Origin: Bacteriovoracia bacterium
Lineage (GTDB): Bacteria > Bdellovibrionota > Bacteriovoracia > Bacteriovoracales > Bacteriovoracaceae
Length of the DNA: 32,035 bases
NCBI GenBank assembly: GCA_046570105.1
Contig: JBKHVI010000030.1
Span: 1-32,035, forward strand
Reading direction: 5' to 3'
This document shows, piece after piece, positions 8,096 to 17,578 of the stretch. The notes beneath the pieces were generated by a model. It saw only the letters and a list, made by a program, of their open reading frames with translations. It did not search any database and had not been told where the DNA came from. Position numbers and translations under genes: made by a program. Within the stretch, counting starts at the first letter, position 1. Every line of letters begins with the position of its first letter.

Positions 8096-8478
8096 CTCGC
8101 CAAACAGTGACACAAATTAAAATTGCTGAACCCAGGCAGAGACCTAATCGCCTGGATAATGAAAGCTTCCCTTCTGGCCACTCGGCACGGGCCTCATCTA
8201 AGCGTCACTTGATTGCGCATAATCTGGAGGCGAGCGATATTAATCCCCATGTGCGTAATGGCATTAATACTATCAATGGCCTGATGACGGCCTCAGTGAT
8301 GTGGGCGCGGGTCGAGGCGAATAAACATCATCTCTCCGATGTGCTCGCTGGCTATTCGGTAGGCTATTTCTTGTCGGGTGTCTTCTATGATTCTCTTTTG
8401 AATCTAGATACTGCCGAGACATTCGTGGTGGTGCCCTCAACTGATAAAGTCATGGCGCTTTATTCAGTGAGTTTCTGA
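8092..8478 (+). pseudogene. 5'-truncated PAP2-family phosphatase gene
   Basis: K..RQRP, SFPSGH and ARV....HHLSD motifs are present, but the frame is closed by TGA at 8089, just upstream of motif 1, and there is no RBS. Confidence 0.7.
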
Positions 8479-8679
8479 AGACTCCGGTTGAATTGATTCC
8501 GTAACTGGTGCTATCTCCCCCGGCAAATCCCCTGGCAAAATGCCTTGTGGCTGATTTTGTCCTAGAAAATAATTCACCGAGTATTCAGTGCCAGGCAGTG
8601 TGACGTCAGGATGCAACCAAGCATAACCGAGCCCACACAAAGCGAGCCATAGGACAAAGAAAAACGCCCACAGCTTCAC
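8464..8679 (-). CDS. Small single-TM membrane protein (71 aa)
   Basis: GTG at 8679 overlaps the upstream TGA (GTGA coupling); MKLWAFFFVLWLALCGLGYAWL hydrophobic helix. Confidence 0.6.
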   Translation of the reverse strand: MKLWAFFFVLWLALCGLGYAWLHPDVTLPGTEYSVNYFLGQNQPQGILPGDLPGEIAPVTESIQPESSETH

Positions 8680-9071
8680 GGCACCACCCTTGTCCACGTT
8701 TCGGAGCGCCCGAAGAGTGCGATCCCCAGATAACCTCTGAGTGTCAGTGTGTTGGGATTTTCGAGCTTGAGTTTGCATGAGTAAGTGCTCCCTGAATCAG
8801 GATCGTAAATTTTTCCGCCGGTGAATTCATCACCGTCTTTTTTAAGATTCGACATAATGGTGAGGCCTAAAATCTCGCGCTCTCGTAAAGTCTCGTCGGG
8901 ATTTTTTTGATCTTTGCCATCGCCGCGTTTTTCACCACCGACAATTTTGCCAAAAAACTTATCATCTTTTTGATAGATTTCGATGACGCCTTTCTTGTCA
9001 CTGGTGAGCCACTGGCCTTCAATTTGCGCCAGAGCACTGAAACTGATCAGCCAACAAAGGATAAACCGCAT
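8676..9071 (-). CDS. DUF2147 family secreted protein
   Basis: Signal peptide; G.W.T, D.KNPD..LR.R.ILGL, GGKIYDPDSG.TY.C, RGYLGI.LFGRSETWTR. Confidence 0.92.
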   Translation of the reverse strand: MRFILCWLISFSALAQIEGQWLTSDKKGVIEIYQKDDKFFGKIVGGEKRGDGKDQKNPDETLREREILGLTIMSNLKKDGDEFTGGKIYDPDSGSTYSCKLKLENPNTLTLRGYLGIALFGRSETWTRVVP

Positions 9072-9571
9072 CAGAATTTCTTGCGATCTAAGACACGTAC
9101 AGTGAAAGGATATTGGTTGTCCGCATCTTGCGGCACAACGACTTCACTGACGAGATTCCAGTTTTTTAGAGAGAGAGATGGGAAATAGGTATCGCCCTTC
9201 ACTTCTGCTTGCACTTCGGTGAGATATAAACGATCAACCAGCGAGAGGCATGCTTTGTAAATCTGTGCTCCGCCGATGATAAAGACTTCTTTTTCGCCTT
9301 GGCGTTCGGCGTGTTTTAAGGCGCGAAACACAGAATTAAACCAAATCACATTTTCCGAAGCTGCTTTGGGTTCGTTAGAGAGGATCAAATGCATGCGACC
9401 AGGCAGAGGTTTTCCCCCGAAAGAATCAAAGGTCTTCCTTCCGAGGATCAAATGATGGCCCATGGTGACTTTTTTAAAGTGAGCGAGATCACTTTTGAGG
9501 GTCCAAGGAAGTTTGTTTCCAAGGCCAATCACTCCGTTCAAACTTTTTGCCACAATCATGGATACGCGCAT
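9071..9571 (-). CDS. folA: Dihydrofolate reductase
   Basis: NGVIG..NKLPW.L.SDL.HFK, GRKTF, PLPGR, IIGGAQIY, GDTYFP. Confidence 0.97.
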   Translation of the reverse strand: MRVSMIVAKSLNGVIGLGNKLPWTLKSDLAHFKKVTMGHHLILGRKTFDSFGGKPLPGRMHLILSNEPKAASENVIWFNSVFRALKHAERQGEKEVFIIGGAQIYKACLSLVDRLYLTEVQAEVKGDTYFPSLSLKNWNLVSEVVVPQDADNQYPFTVRVLDRKKF

Positions 9572-9572
9572 G

Positions 9573-10367
9573 TTAGACCGCCACTGGTGCTTTAATATGA
9601 GGATGAGCTTGGTAATTTTCTAAAGTAAAATCTTCAAACTTAAAGCCAAAGATATCTTTGACGTTAGGATTAATTTTTAAAGTCGGAAGCGCATAGCAAT
9701 CACGTGTCAGTTGCAATTGGGCCTGCTCGATATGATTAGAATATAAATGGGCATCGCCCATGGTGTGAACGAAATCACCCACTCCGAGATTACACACCTG
9801 TGCCACCATCATCGTGAGGAGTGCATAAGAAGCAATATTGAAAGGGACGCCTAAGAATATATCGGCCGAGCGCTGATAGAGCTGACAAGAAAGTTTGTTA
9901 TTGGCGACGTAGAATTGGAAAAGCGTGTGACAAGGTGGCAGCGCCATTTTATCCACATCACTGACGTTCCAAGCTGAAACGATCAAGCGGCGCGAGTCAG
10001 GATTTTTTTTGATCATCTCAATCAAATTTTTAATCTGATCTATCGTGCGCCCATCATGAGTTTTCCATGAACGCCACTGCACGCCGTAGACGGGACCCAA
10101 ATCACCATTCTCATCGGCCCACTCATTCCAGATCGAAACGCCGTTGTCTTTGAGGTATTTGATATTGGAGTCACCTTGCAAGAACCACAGAAGTTCATGA
10201 ACGATACTCTTCATGTGAATTTTTTTGGTGGTCACCATCGGGAAACCATCGTTCAAATTGAAGCGCATCTGATGGCCAAACACCGAGAGCGTTCCCGTAC
10301 CGGTGCGGTCTTCTTTTTTGGTGCCTTCAGCGAGTACGCGTTGAAGTAATTGATGATATTGCTGCAT
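9573..10367 (-). CDS. thyA: Thymidylate synthase
   Basis: [46 protein letters not shown]. Confidence 0.99.
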   Translation of the reverse strand: MQQYHQLLQRVLAEGTKKEDRTGTGTLSVFGHQMRFNLNDGFPMVTTKKIHMKSIVHELLWFLQGDSNIKYLKDNGVSIWNEWADENGDLGPVYGVQWRSWKTHDGRTIDQIKNLIEMIKKNPDSRRLIVSAWNVSDVDKMALPPCHTLFQFYVANNKLSCQLYQRSADIFLGVPFNIASYALLTMMVAQVCNLGVGDFVHTMGDAHLYSNHIEQAQLQLTRDCYALPTLKINPNVKDIFGFKFEDFTLENYQAHPHIKAPVAV

Positions 10368-10413
10368 AACTCTCCCCTAGGAAAACGTTAGCATGATCGT
10401 TAGGATAAAAGCT

Positions 10414-10821
10414 ATGTCAGAAAACCGTCGCATTCTCCATTTGATCAAAACCTTAGACGGCGCTACTTGGGCCTTTCATCAGATCCTCGAGCTGCGTCGT
10501 TTAGGCTGGGACGTGCATATCGCTGCCCCGACAAATGTGGGCCGCTTTTTATCTGACATGCAGAAAACCGGCGCGCCCTTGCATGTTCTACCCGTAGAAT
10601 TTCCAGTCAAAACTCCTTGGCTTCTGCCCCGCCACAGTGCAGGACTAAAAAATTTAGTGCAAGAGCTTAATCCAGCTCTCATTCATTCACATTTTGTCAG
10701 CACCACCCACCGCACATTTGCCCTGCCGTTTCACAATAAGCTGACAGCAGAAGAATGCCAGCAAGTGGTGCGAGCACTCAACGATGTACTGGCCACACTT
10801 GCTAAGAAACAAGCCGCCTAA
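10414..10821 (+). pseudogene. Chimeric remnant: GT4 glycosyltransferase N-terminus fused to a DegT/DnrJ aminotransferase C-terminus
   Basis: RILHLI...G.DVHIAAP...PALIHSH (GT4 N-domain) switches at ~10705 to RTFALPFHNKLTAEECQQVVRAL (DegT-type tail). Confidence 0.75.
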
Positions 10822-11747
10822 TTCTTCCCATGTAAAATCAACGCCGCCGCACCAAGAACCGATCCGGTTTCTTGGTTGGTGGACGTTGTTTTCACGCGTG
10901 CTTCATGACGAATACCTTTAAAGGCATAGTGATCAAGCCAATGCTGAACGCGTTTTTCAAAGTCTTCGGAAATTTGTGAAACTCCACCGGCCAAGACGAA
11001 AAGTGATGGATTCAAAACTGCTGCCATCGTTGAAAGTCCAAGCCCTAACCACTCGGCGGTCATCTCCACGACTTGTTCAGCTTTCTTATCACCCTTCTTG
11101 GCCAGATCACTGACTTCTTTAGCTGTCACAGGACGGCCAAAAACTTCATGGGCTGTCATCTCAACACCAGGAGATGAGGCGTAAATCTCTAAATGGCCTT
11201 GGCCTCCGCAAGCACACATGCGGCCCTTGGGTTCAATCACAATATGACCACCCTCACCGGCCTTGCCATTTTCCGAACGAATGATTTGCCCTTCAGCAAA
11301 GATCCCCGTGCCCACGCCTGTTCCCAACGTCACCATTGTAAAATCGCGCACACCTTTGGCGACTCCAAAGAGGGCCTCGCCGATAGCGGCGGTATTAGCA
11401 TCGTTATCAAGTTCGACCGGCAGGCCGACCGCTGCCTCTAATTGATGGGCGAGATCAACTCGACCCCATTTCAAATTCACTGGACTCACGATATGGCCAT
11501 TATTCCAGTTTGCATTGGGAGCTCCCACGCCAATTCCGGCAATGGGAATGTCCGCCAACGAAGTCGTTTTTTTCAAATCAATTAACTCGTGAATATGGCG
11601 CACAAGTTCTTTCAAGTAGTCAGCAAAATCCTGATGCTCTTGAGTTTTAAAAGTCCGTGAGCCACGAACTGAGCCATCGTGCGTGACGAGGGCCAGTTTC
11701 GTGTTAGTGCCACCAATATCAATACCGATTGCGACTCTGGCCTTCAT
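10818..11747 (-). CDS. ROK family sugar kinase (glucokinase/NagK-like)
   Basis: GIDIGGT, GIGVGAP, NDANTAA.GE, TLGTGVG.G, GEGGH, C.CG..G.LE; no HTH domain. Confidence 0.93.
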   Translation of the reverse strand: MKARVAIGIDIGGTNTKLALVTHDGSVRGSRTFKTQEHQDFADYLKELVRHIHELIDLKKTTSLADIPIAGIGVGAPNANWNNGHIVSPVNLKWGRVDLAHQLEAAVGLPVELDNDANTAAIGEALFGVAKGVRDFTMVTLGTGVGTGIFAEGQIIRSENGKAGEGGHIVIEPKGRMCACGGQGHLEIYASSPGVEMTAHEVFGRPVTAKEVSDLAKKGDKKAEQVVEMTAEWLGLGLSTMAAVLNPSLFVLAGGVSQISEDFEKRVQHWLDHYAFKGIRHEARVKTTSTNQETGSVLGAAALILHGKN

Positions 11748-12919
11748 TTCACGCTCCGTGTGCGGTACCAGCCGAAGTAAGCGATATAAATGTATCCAAC
11801 TAATGGAACAAGATAAGACCAGCGAAGGCCCACACTTCCATCAGCAAGTTGCGCTTGAATAAGTGGAAGAATAGCACCGCCGACAATCGCCATACACAAA
11901 AGTGCTGAACCTTTTTTCGTGTAGGCACCGACGCCATCCAATGCTTGCGTGAAGATGGTGGGGAACATAATTGAGTTGCAGTAACCCACTAAGAGCAAGC
12001 AGGCCAAAGCGTTCATGCCTCTTAAGACAAATGAGAGGCCAATCAAAATCACCGCGACGATAGCGTGAATAAAGAGCGTGCGTGCTGGTCCCCATTTTTG
12101 CATATAAGCAGAACCTGCAAAGCGGCCAATCATCGCTCCTGTCCAATAAAGCGAAACATATTTCGCGGCTTCCACTTCTTCCATGCCACCCATTTCAGAG
12201 AGACCCATCAAACTGACGAGAAAACTACCGATCGCCACTTCTGCGCCAACATAAAAGAAAATACCAAGGATACCCAAAATCAATTGGGGGTGATCAGTCA
12301 GCTTGCCACTCGAACCGCTTACTTCATCCTCTTCTTCTTTGATGGCAGGAAGTTCCGTGAAGACGACACCAACAGCTAGAAGAATGAGCATACCTGCAAG
12401 ACCCAAATAAGGACCCACTACTGATTCAGCACCACTGAAGCCAGCGCGGAAAATCAAGAGAGCACCTAACCAAGGAGCCACCGCGGTACCAAGCGAGTTA
12501 AACGCTTGCACCAAAGTCAAACGACGAGAGGCGGTTTCAGGAGATCCGAGACGAGCGATATAAGGATTGGCAGCGACTTGCAAAAGCGCAATACCACCGG
12601 CCAAGACAAAGAGAGCGGTCAAAAATAAATTAAATGAATGAGTCTTCGCGGCAGGTGCAAACATGGCACAACCTACCGCCATGATGACCAGACCAATGAT
12701 GACGCCTTTTTTATAGCCGATTTTTTCCACAATTTTGCCCGACGGTGGCGAGATGACAAAATAGGCCGTGAAAAAGCAAAACTGGACTAAAATAGAGCGG
12801 GTGTAATCCAAGTCGAAAGAGTTTTTTAAATGTGGAACGAGCAAATCGTTCAAGCAGGTAATAAATCCAAAAGCAAAAAACAAAAACGACAGTAGACTCA
12901 AAGCGCGCGTTTGCACCAT
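11744..12919 (-). CDS. Sugar MFS transporter (FucP/GluP/NagP family)
   Basis: LND.LVP.LK, VQFCFF.AYF, LQVAANPY, QAFNSLG, YVGAEV, NSIMFPTIF, MAIVGGA; GGAG favours ATG 12919. Confidence 0.93.
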   Translation of the reverse strand: MVQTRALSLLSFLFFAFGFITCLNDLLVPHLKNSFDLDYTRSILVQFCFFTAYFVISPPSGKIVEKIGYKKGVIIGLVIMAVGCAMFAPAAKTHSFNLFLTALFVLAGGIALLQVAANPYIARLGSPETASRRLTLVQAFNSLGTAVAPWLGALLIFRAGFSGAESVVGPYLGLAGMLILLAVGVVFTELPAIKEEEDEVSGSSGKLTDHPQLILGILGIFFYVGAEVAIGSFLVSLMGLSEMGGMEEVEAAKYVSLYWTGAMIGRFAGSAYMQKWGPARTLFIHAIVAVILIGLSFVLRGMNALACLLLVGYCNSIMFPTIFTQALDGVGAYTKKGSALLCMAIVGGAILPLIQAQLADGSVGLRWSYLVPLVGYIYIAYFGWYRTRSVK

Positions 12920-12989
12920 GGACTTCACTCCAAGTTAAGGGCTAAAATAAGAGCAAATCATATACAGCTGTTACTGAAAGGGCCACGCA

Positions 12990-14186
12990 ATGAAATCCAA
13001 AGTTCTGACCGGTCTTGAGCGTTTACTCACTGATCCCTCCCTTCAAAAGAAGTTCCCAGGGAAAATTGGCTATCTTTGCCACGCTGCATCCGTGACTCCC
13101 GAGATCGAACACGGGCTTTTAGCCTTAAAGCGCGTCTTCGGTGATCGCTTGATTAAGGTTTTCGGCCCCCAACACGGCTTTGTCACCGATGTTCAGGACA
13201 ATATGGTGGAGTCCAAACACACCATCCACCCCTATTTCAAATTACAAGTTTACTCGCTCTACTCTGAAACTCGCATCCCCACCCAAGAGATGCTGGAAGG
13301 TTTGGATCATGTGTTTGTTGATCTACAAGATGTGGGAACGCGCATCTATACCTATATCTACACCATGACTTATATGATGGAGGCCTGCCAAAAGGCCGGT
13401 GTCCAAGTGGTCATTCTCGATCGCCCCAACCCGATTGATGGTGTGACTCTTGAGGGCAATGTCCTAGATATGAAATTTGATTCTTTCGTCGGTCGTCACC
13501 CCATTCCTGTGCGTCACGGACTTACCATGGGCGAAGTCGCACTGATGAACAAAAAATTCTGGACCGCGCCGGATTGCAATCTGCATGTGATCGAGATGAA
13601 GGGCTGGCAGCGCTCTATGAGTTATGAAGACACGAATCTTCCCTGGGTGCTTCCCTCACCCAATCTTGCGACCATTGAAGCCGCCTATACTTTTGTCGGC
13701 ACTGTGCTTTTTGAAGGCACCAATATTTCTGAAGGCCGTGGCTCAACTCGCAGCTTAGAAATTATCGGTCATCCCAAGATTGAAGCCTTCTCGATGCACG
13801 ACAGATTAAAAAAAGTTATGAAAGAAGAAGAACTTTTTGGTTTTGTCCTTCGTCCTTTGGTTTTCTTGCCGACATTTCAAAAACATCAGGGCCTTCCTTG
13901 CGGCGGCTTTCAGATTCACGTAACTGACCGTCAAAAATTTGAACCATGGCGCCTCTGCCAAACACTTTGTCGCGAATTGTATCGCGAACTCGGTGCTGAA
14001 TTTAAATGGAAACAACCTCCCTACGAATATGAATATGATCGCATGCCGATTGATCTCATTAATGGCACCGATAAATTGCGTCTGTGGGTAGAGAAAAATG
14101 GCTCACGTTCAGAGTATGAAAGTATTATGAAAGATGGCTTTGCTGATTATGTGGCAAAAAGAAAGGAAATCTTGATTTACGAATGA
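12990..14186 (+). CDS. namZ: Exo-beta-N-acetylmuramidase NamZ family (DUF1343)
   Basis: FGPQHG, YSLY, DLQDVG.RIYTYIYTM, LDRPNP, RHGLT.GE, WV.PSPN, SEGRG. Confidence 0.9.
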   Translation: MKSKVLTGLERLLTDPSLQKKFPGKIGYLCHAASVTPEIEHGLLALKRVFGDRLIKVFGPQHGFVTDVQDNMVESKHTIHPYFKLQVYSLYSETRIPTQEMLEGLDHVFVDLQDVGTRIYTYIYTMTYMMEACQKAGVQVVILDRPNPIDGVTLEGNVLDMKFDSFVGRHPIPVRHGLTMGEVALMNKKFWTAPDCNLHVIEMKGWQRSMSYEDTNLPWVLPSPNLATIEAAYTFVGTVLFEGTNISEGRGSTRSLEIIGHPKIEAFSMHDRLKKVMKEEELFGFVLRPLVFLPTFQKHQGLPCGGFQIHVTDRQKFEPWRLCQTLCRELYRELGAEFKWKQPPYEYEYDRMPIDLINGTDKLRLWVEKNGSRSEYESIMKDGFADYVAKRKEILIYE

Positions 14187-14231
14187 GTGCAAGGATGTTC
14201 TCCTAAAGTCTATTAACTTTAAGGAGACAGC

Positions 14232-15605
14232 ATGTTGCAACAACTTGAAAAGCTCACGGGCGATTTCGTGGGTCTTGTTTGGGGTGTGCCCCTCGTCGTT
14301 TTACTCGTCGGATCTGGCATTATCTTCACCATTTATTTTGGTTTTCCTCAACTGCGTTTCTTCAAACACGCCATCGATATTATTTTCGGCAAATACGACA
14401 AAGCGGAGGACAAAGGTGAAATCTCTCACTTTCAAGCACTCTGCGCTGCCCTTTCTGCAACAGTAGGACTTGGGAATATCGCCGGTGTGGCAGTGGCCGT
14501 TTCTTTGGGAGGTCCAGGTGCGGTTTTCTGGCTATGGGTCGCCGGCTTCATTGGCATGTGTACCAAGTTTACTGAAGTCACACTGTCACTTTCCTATCGC
14601 GATGTGATGCCAGATGGCACTGTTCACGGTGGACCGATGTTTGTGATTAAAAACGCTCTCTCAAAAAACTTCTATCCGATCGCATGGATCTACGCTTTCT
14701 TCACCATTCTCTCATCATTTGGTGCAGGTAATATGTTCCAGGCCAATCAAATGGCCTCTGTCATGAAGGCCTCGGCCGGTATTCCTGAATGGCTCTCGGG
14801 CATCATCTTCTGTATCGGAGCTTTCTTAATTCTGATTGGTGGTATCAAGCGTATTGGTAAAGTGACGGAAAAATTAGTTCCTGCCATGGTGGGACTCTAT
14901 ATCCTTGGTGCCCTCGCCATTATTTTTGTCCACATTGACCGCGTCCCAGAAATGTTCTCTATGATTTTCTCTAGCGCCTTTGCTGGTACCGCCGCTGTTG
15001 GTGGTTTTGCCGGTGCCGCCTTTAAAGATGTGATCGTCATGGGTATTCGTCGTGCGACCTTCTCAAACGAAGCAGGCATGGGTTCTTCGGCGATGGCCCA
15101 CTCAGCGGCCAAATCCACTCCGATTCAAGAAGGTATTGTCGCCCTACTCGAGCCCTTTATCGACACCATCGTCGTTTGCACTATCACTGCTATTGCATTG
15201 TTACTCACTGGAGTATGGAGCATGGAAGGTGTTCCGGCCGGTTCAGAAATGACGGCCCAAGCGTTTGAAAGTGTCATGGGGCCAACTGGCCGCTGGATCG
15301 TAACCGCAACTGTAACACTCTTTGCTTTCTCGACCATGATTTCTTGGAGCTACTATGGTGAGCAAGGTATTACCTTTATCTTTGGTGATAAATGGATTCC
15401 AGCTTATCGCTATGTCTTTATTGCTTTTATTTTCATCGGCGCCATCGCGCAGTTGAATATCGTTTTGAATCTCTCTGATGCGGTTTATGGTCTCTTGGCA
15501 CTCCCAAACATTATGGCGTGCTACATCCTCTTACCTAAAGTCAAAGAACAGCTCGATGACTACAAGGCGAAACTTAAATCCGGAGCGATCGCTCCAACGA
15601 AGTAA
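14232..15605 (+). CDS. Alanine/glycine:cation symporter (AgcS/AlsT family)
   Basis: SHFQAL..ALSATVGLGNIAGVA.A...GGPGAVFW, FSNEAGMGS, EPFIDT.VVC, FAFST.ISWSYYG. Confidence 0.95.
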   Translation: MLQQLEKLTGDFVGLVWGVPLVVLLVGSGIIFTIYFGFPQLRFFKHAIDIIFGKYDKAEDKGEISHFQALCAALSATVGLGNIAGVAVAVSLGGPGAVFWLWVAGFIGMCTKFTEVTLSLSYRDVMPDGTVHGGPMFVIKNALSKNFYPIAWIYAFFTILSSFGAGNMFQANQMASVMKASAGIPEWLSGIIFCIGAFLILIGGIKRIGKVTEKLVPAMVGLYILGALAIIFVHIDRVPEMFSMIFSSAFAGTAAVGGFAGAAFKDVIVMGIRRATFSNEAGMGSSAMAHSAAKSTPIQEGIVALLEPFIDTIVVCTITAIALLLTGVWSMEGVPAGSEMTAQAFESVMGPTGRWIVTATVTLFAFSTMISWSYYGEQGITFIFGDKWIPAYRYVFIAFIFIGAIAQLNIVLNLSDAVYGLLALPNIMACYILLPKVKEQLDDYKAKLKSGAIAPTK

Positions 15606-15611
15606 CACTTC

Positions 15612-15640
15612 AAGGCCACTCTTTTGGGTGGCCTTTTTTT
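15612..15640 (+). terminator. Intrinsic terminator between convergent genes
   Basis: AAGGCCACTC-TTTT-GGGTGGCCTT hairpin followed by a T-run. Confidence 0.85.
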
Positions 15641-16427
15641 AGATCGCACATATCCGTTGTGAGTGCTGAGCGATTCCCACCTTGGTGGAATTTAGTTCGT
15701 TGACAGCATAAACGAATTTGGAAAAACCTGAACGCTGCAAGTTAAACGTACGAATCAAATCCACAATCCAGTACGGTACCCGTGTCTCACACTTTAATTC
15801 CAAAATGACATTGGTTTCTGGCTCAAAGTAATTGGGATTATCATAAAACTGCATATCTTTGGAGCGATCGAACGTATAAGTGTCGCGAGCAACAAATCGC
15901 ATATCGCGATCAAAAGTCACTCGGGCGTAATCATCAATCGTTGAAAAATAGGCCTTGCGACGGTATTGCGTAAAAACCACTGGACGTGCCTGATTGATCA
16001 AGGCCTGATAGGCAAAATCGTAAGCATAATCCTTTTTAACCAGCTCATCTTTTGCTGGTAATAAAATATTATTCTCTAACGCCTCCAGCCACTCAGTGGT
16101 CGTTATTTTGGCACGCGTTTTTTTAACAAATCCTCCGGTCTTCTTTTTTATCTCTAAAAAATAGAGCGGGTTTTCTTCATCGCCATAAGTGCGTACGCGC
16201 ATATTAAAACGGCCATCATGGCCAACTAAGGCGTTCTGAAAAAACTGATAATGGGGAGTATCAAGATAGAGGTTATTGATGGAATAAAAATTATCAGGAG
16301 AGATTTTTGAGTAGTGATCCATCTCACAGAAGCCAGAGATATAATCTGAAATCTCAGCGACCATCGCCCAAGGAATATGGTACTTGAGTTCGTAGCGCTC
16401 ATAAAGCAGGGCCGTCTTAAGAGTCAT
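15639..16427 (-). CDS. VTC-domain polyphosphate polymerase-like protein (TTM/CYTH fold)
   Basis: RYELKY, I.NLYLDT, RVRTY, FLEIKKK, QYRRKAY, RVTFD, ILELK, FSK motifs. Confidence 0.9.
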   Translation of the reverse strand: MTLKTALLYERYELKYHIPWAMVAEISDYISGFCEMDHYSKISPDNFYSINNLYLDTPHYQFFQNALVGHDGRFNMRVRTYGDEENPLYFLEIKKKTGGFVKKTRAKITTTEWLEALENNILLPAKDELVKKDYAYDFAYQALINQARPVVFTQYRRKAYFSTIDDYARVTFDRDMRFVARDTYTFDRSKDMQFYDNPNYFEPETNVILELKCETRVPYWIVDLIRTFNLQRSGFSKFVYAVNELNSTKVGIAQHSQRICAI

Positions 16428-17578
16428 AAAGTATTGGTGAGTAGATTTTTATAATTAAAGATCTCACCGCTCTCTTTCGCGATTGAAAAGAAATTGGCGT
16501 ACACTTCCTTCAGCATACTCACCTGCTCTTCATTACGCTTAAACTCAAAGCTCATCACCTCAGAATAATCATCAAGGGCCAAGTTCTTGATCGCCTGCTC
16601 TTTCATTTTATTGACTTCCATCCGTTGCCCACGCGAGCGAGACGCGAGCAACTCAATATTACGTAGAGTTTGACTCACGATCATCTGATGCTCTTGGCGA
16701 TGATCTTTGATTTCTTTCATCAGCTTGAATTTCTTCTCAGTAAAGTCATTCATCTTCATGAGTTTGGCCGTATCATCACCCAAGAAGGGTAACGTCACCC
16801 CTACGGTAACCGCATGGTCTACTTCGCGATCACCATCTGATATCCGGCGCTGGTATTCAACATGTCCTAAAATGGCATTTTCTGAATTAAGGCGGATGTC
16901 TTTATCATATTGATTGACCAAGAGTTGCTGTTCTAGGACTTTTTCAGTCAGAGTTTTGCGACGCTCCTGTGAGATGCGCTTCAACATTTTACTCATCTGG
17001 GCCAAATCAATCATCCCAGCAAAGCTTATTTTCTTCATATCAAGTTTGTACTCAGTTGCGAGTGACTCACTTAAGATGGAAAGCGTTTCATTGGATTCAT
17101 CTAAGTTAGAGCGCACAATTTTGCGTTCATCTTCCATCTTCACAAAACGTATAAGAGAATTGTCTCGACGCTTAAGCGTCTGAAGGGTCTTTTCTAGCTT
17201 CGCCAAATGAGTAATCAGGCCTTGACGACGATCATTTTCTAATTTGTAGCTTACGATCTTTAAATAGAAGTCAGCGATTCGCTCGCCTTGGTAATACTTA
17301 AGAAAAAGTCGGTTTGACTTTTGAATCTCCGAAAAGCCCTTTTTCTTCGTGCCATACTGCCAAACATTATCAAAATTTACTCTTACTCGTAGCGAGTCTG
17401 CCCCAATATCTGACTCGCGCCAACCTAGCTCGGTGCTTTTTATGATGCTCGGACGATAGTTTTCCGTCCCTTGCATCTCAACTTTAAGTTGATGAGGAAG
17501 CTCTATCTCCTTCAAGCTTTGAGCACTTACCAACAACGGCAAGCATATAGCGATCAGGAAACTAGTTTTGCTGCTCAT
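16424..17578 (-). CDS. Divergent TolC-like outer-membrane channel
   Basis: Signal peptide; two repeats of beta-hairpin plus long helices (LRVRVNF...; HAVTVGVTLPFLG); follows a HlyD-like gene. Confidence 0.65.
   Translation of the reverse strand: MSSKTSFLIAICLPLLVSAQSLKEIELPHQLKVEMQGTENYRPSIIKSTELGWRESDIGADSLRVRVNFDNVWQYGTKKKGFSEIQKSNRLFLKYYQGERIADFYLKIVSYKLENDRRQGLITHLAKLEKTLQTLKRRDNSLIRFVKMEDERKIVRSNLDESNETLSILSESLATEYKLDMKKISFAGMIDLAQMSKMLKRISQERRKTLTEKVLEQQLLVNQYDKDIRLNSENAILGHVEYQRRISDGDREVDHAVTVGVTLPFLGDDTAKLMKMNDFTEKKFKLMKEIKDHRQEHQMIVSQTLRNIELLASRSRGQRMEVNKMKEQAIKNLALDDYSEVMSFEFKRNEEQVSMLKEVYANFFSIAKESGEIFNYKNLLTNTL

Noticed and set aside
8680..8778. N-terminal extension of ORF 8464-8778
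   Set aside because: It lies inside the DUF2147 gene; the GTGA-coupled start at 8679 gives a clean membrane protein
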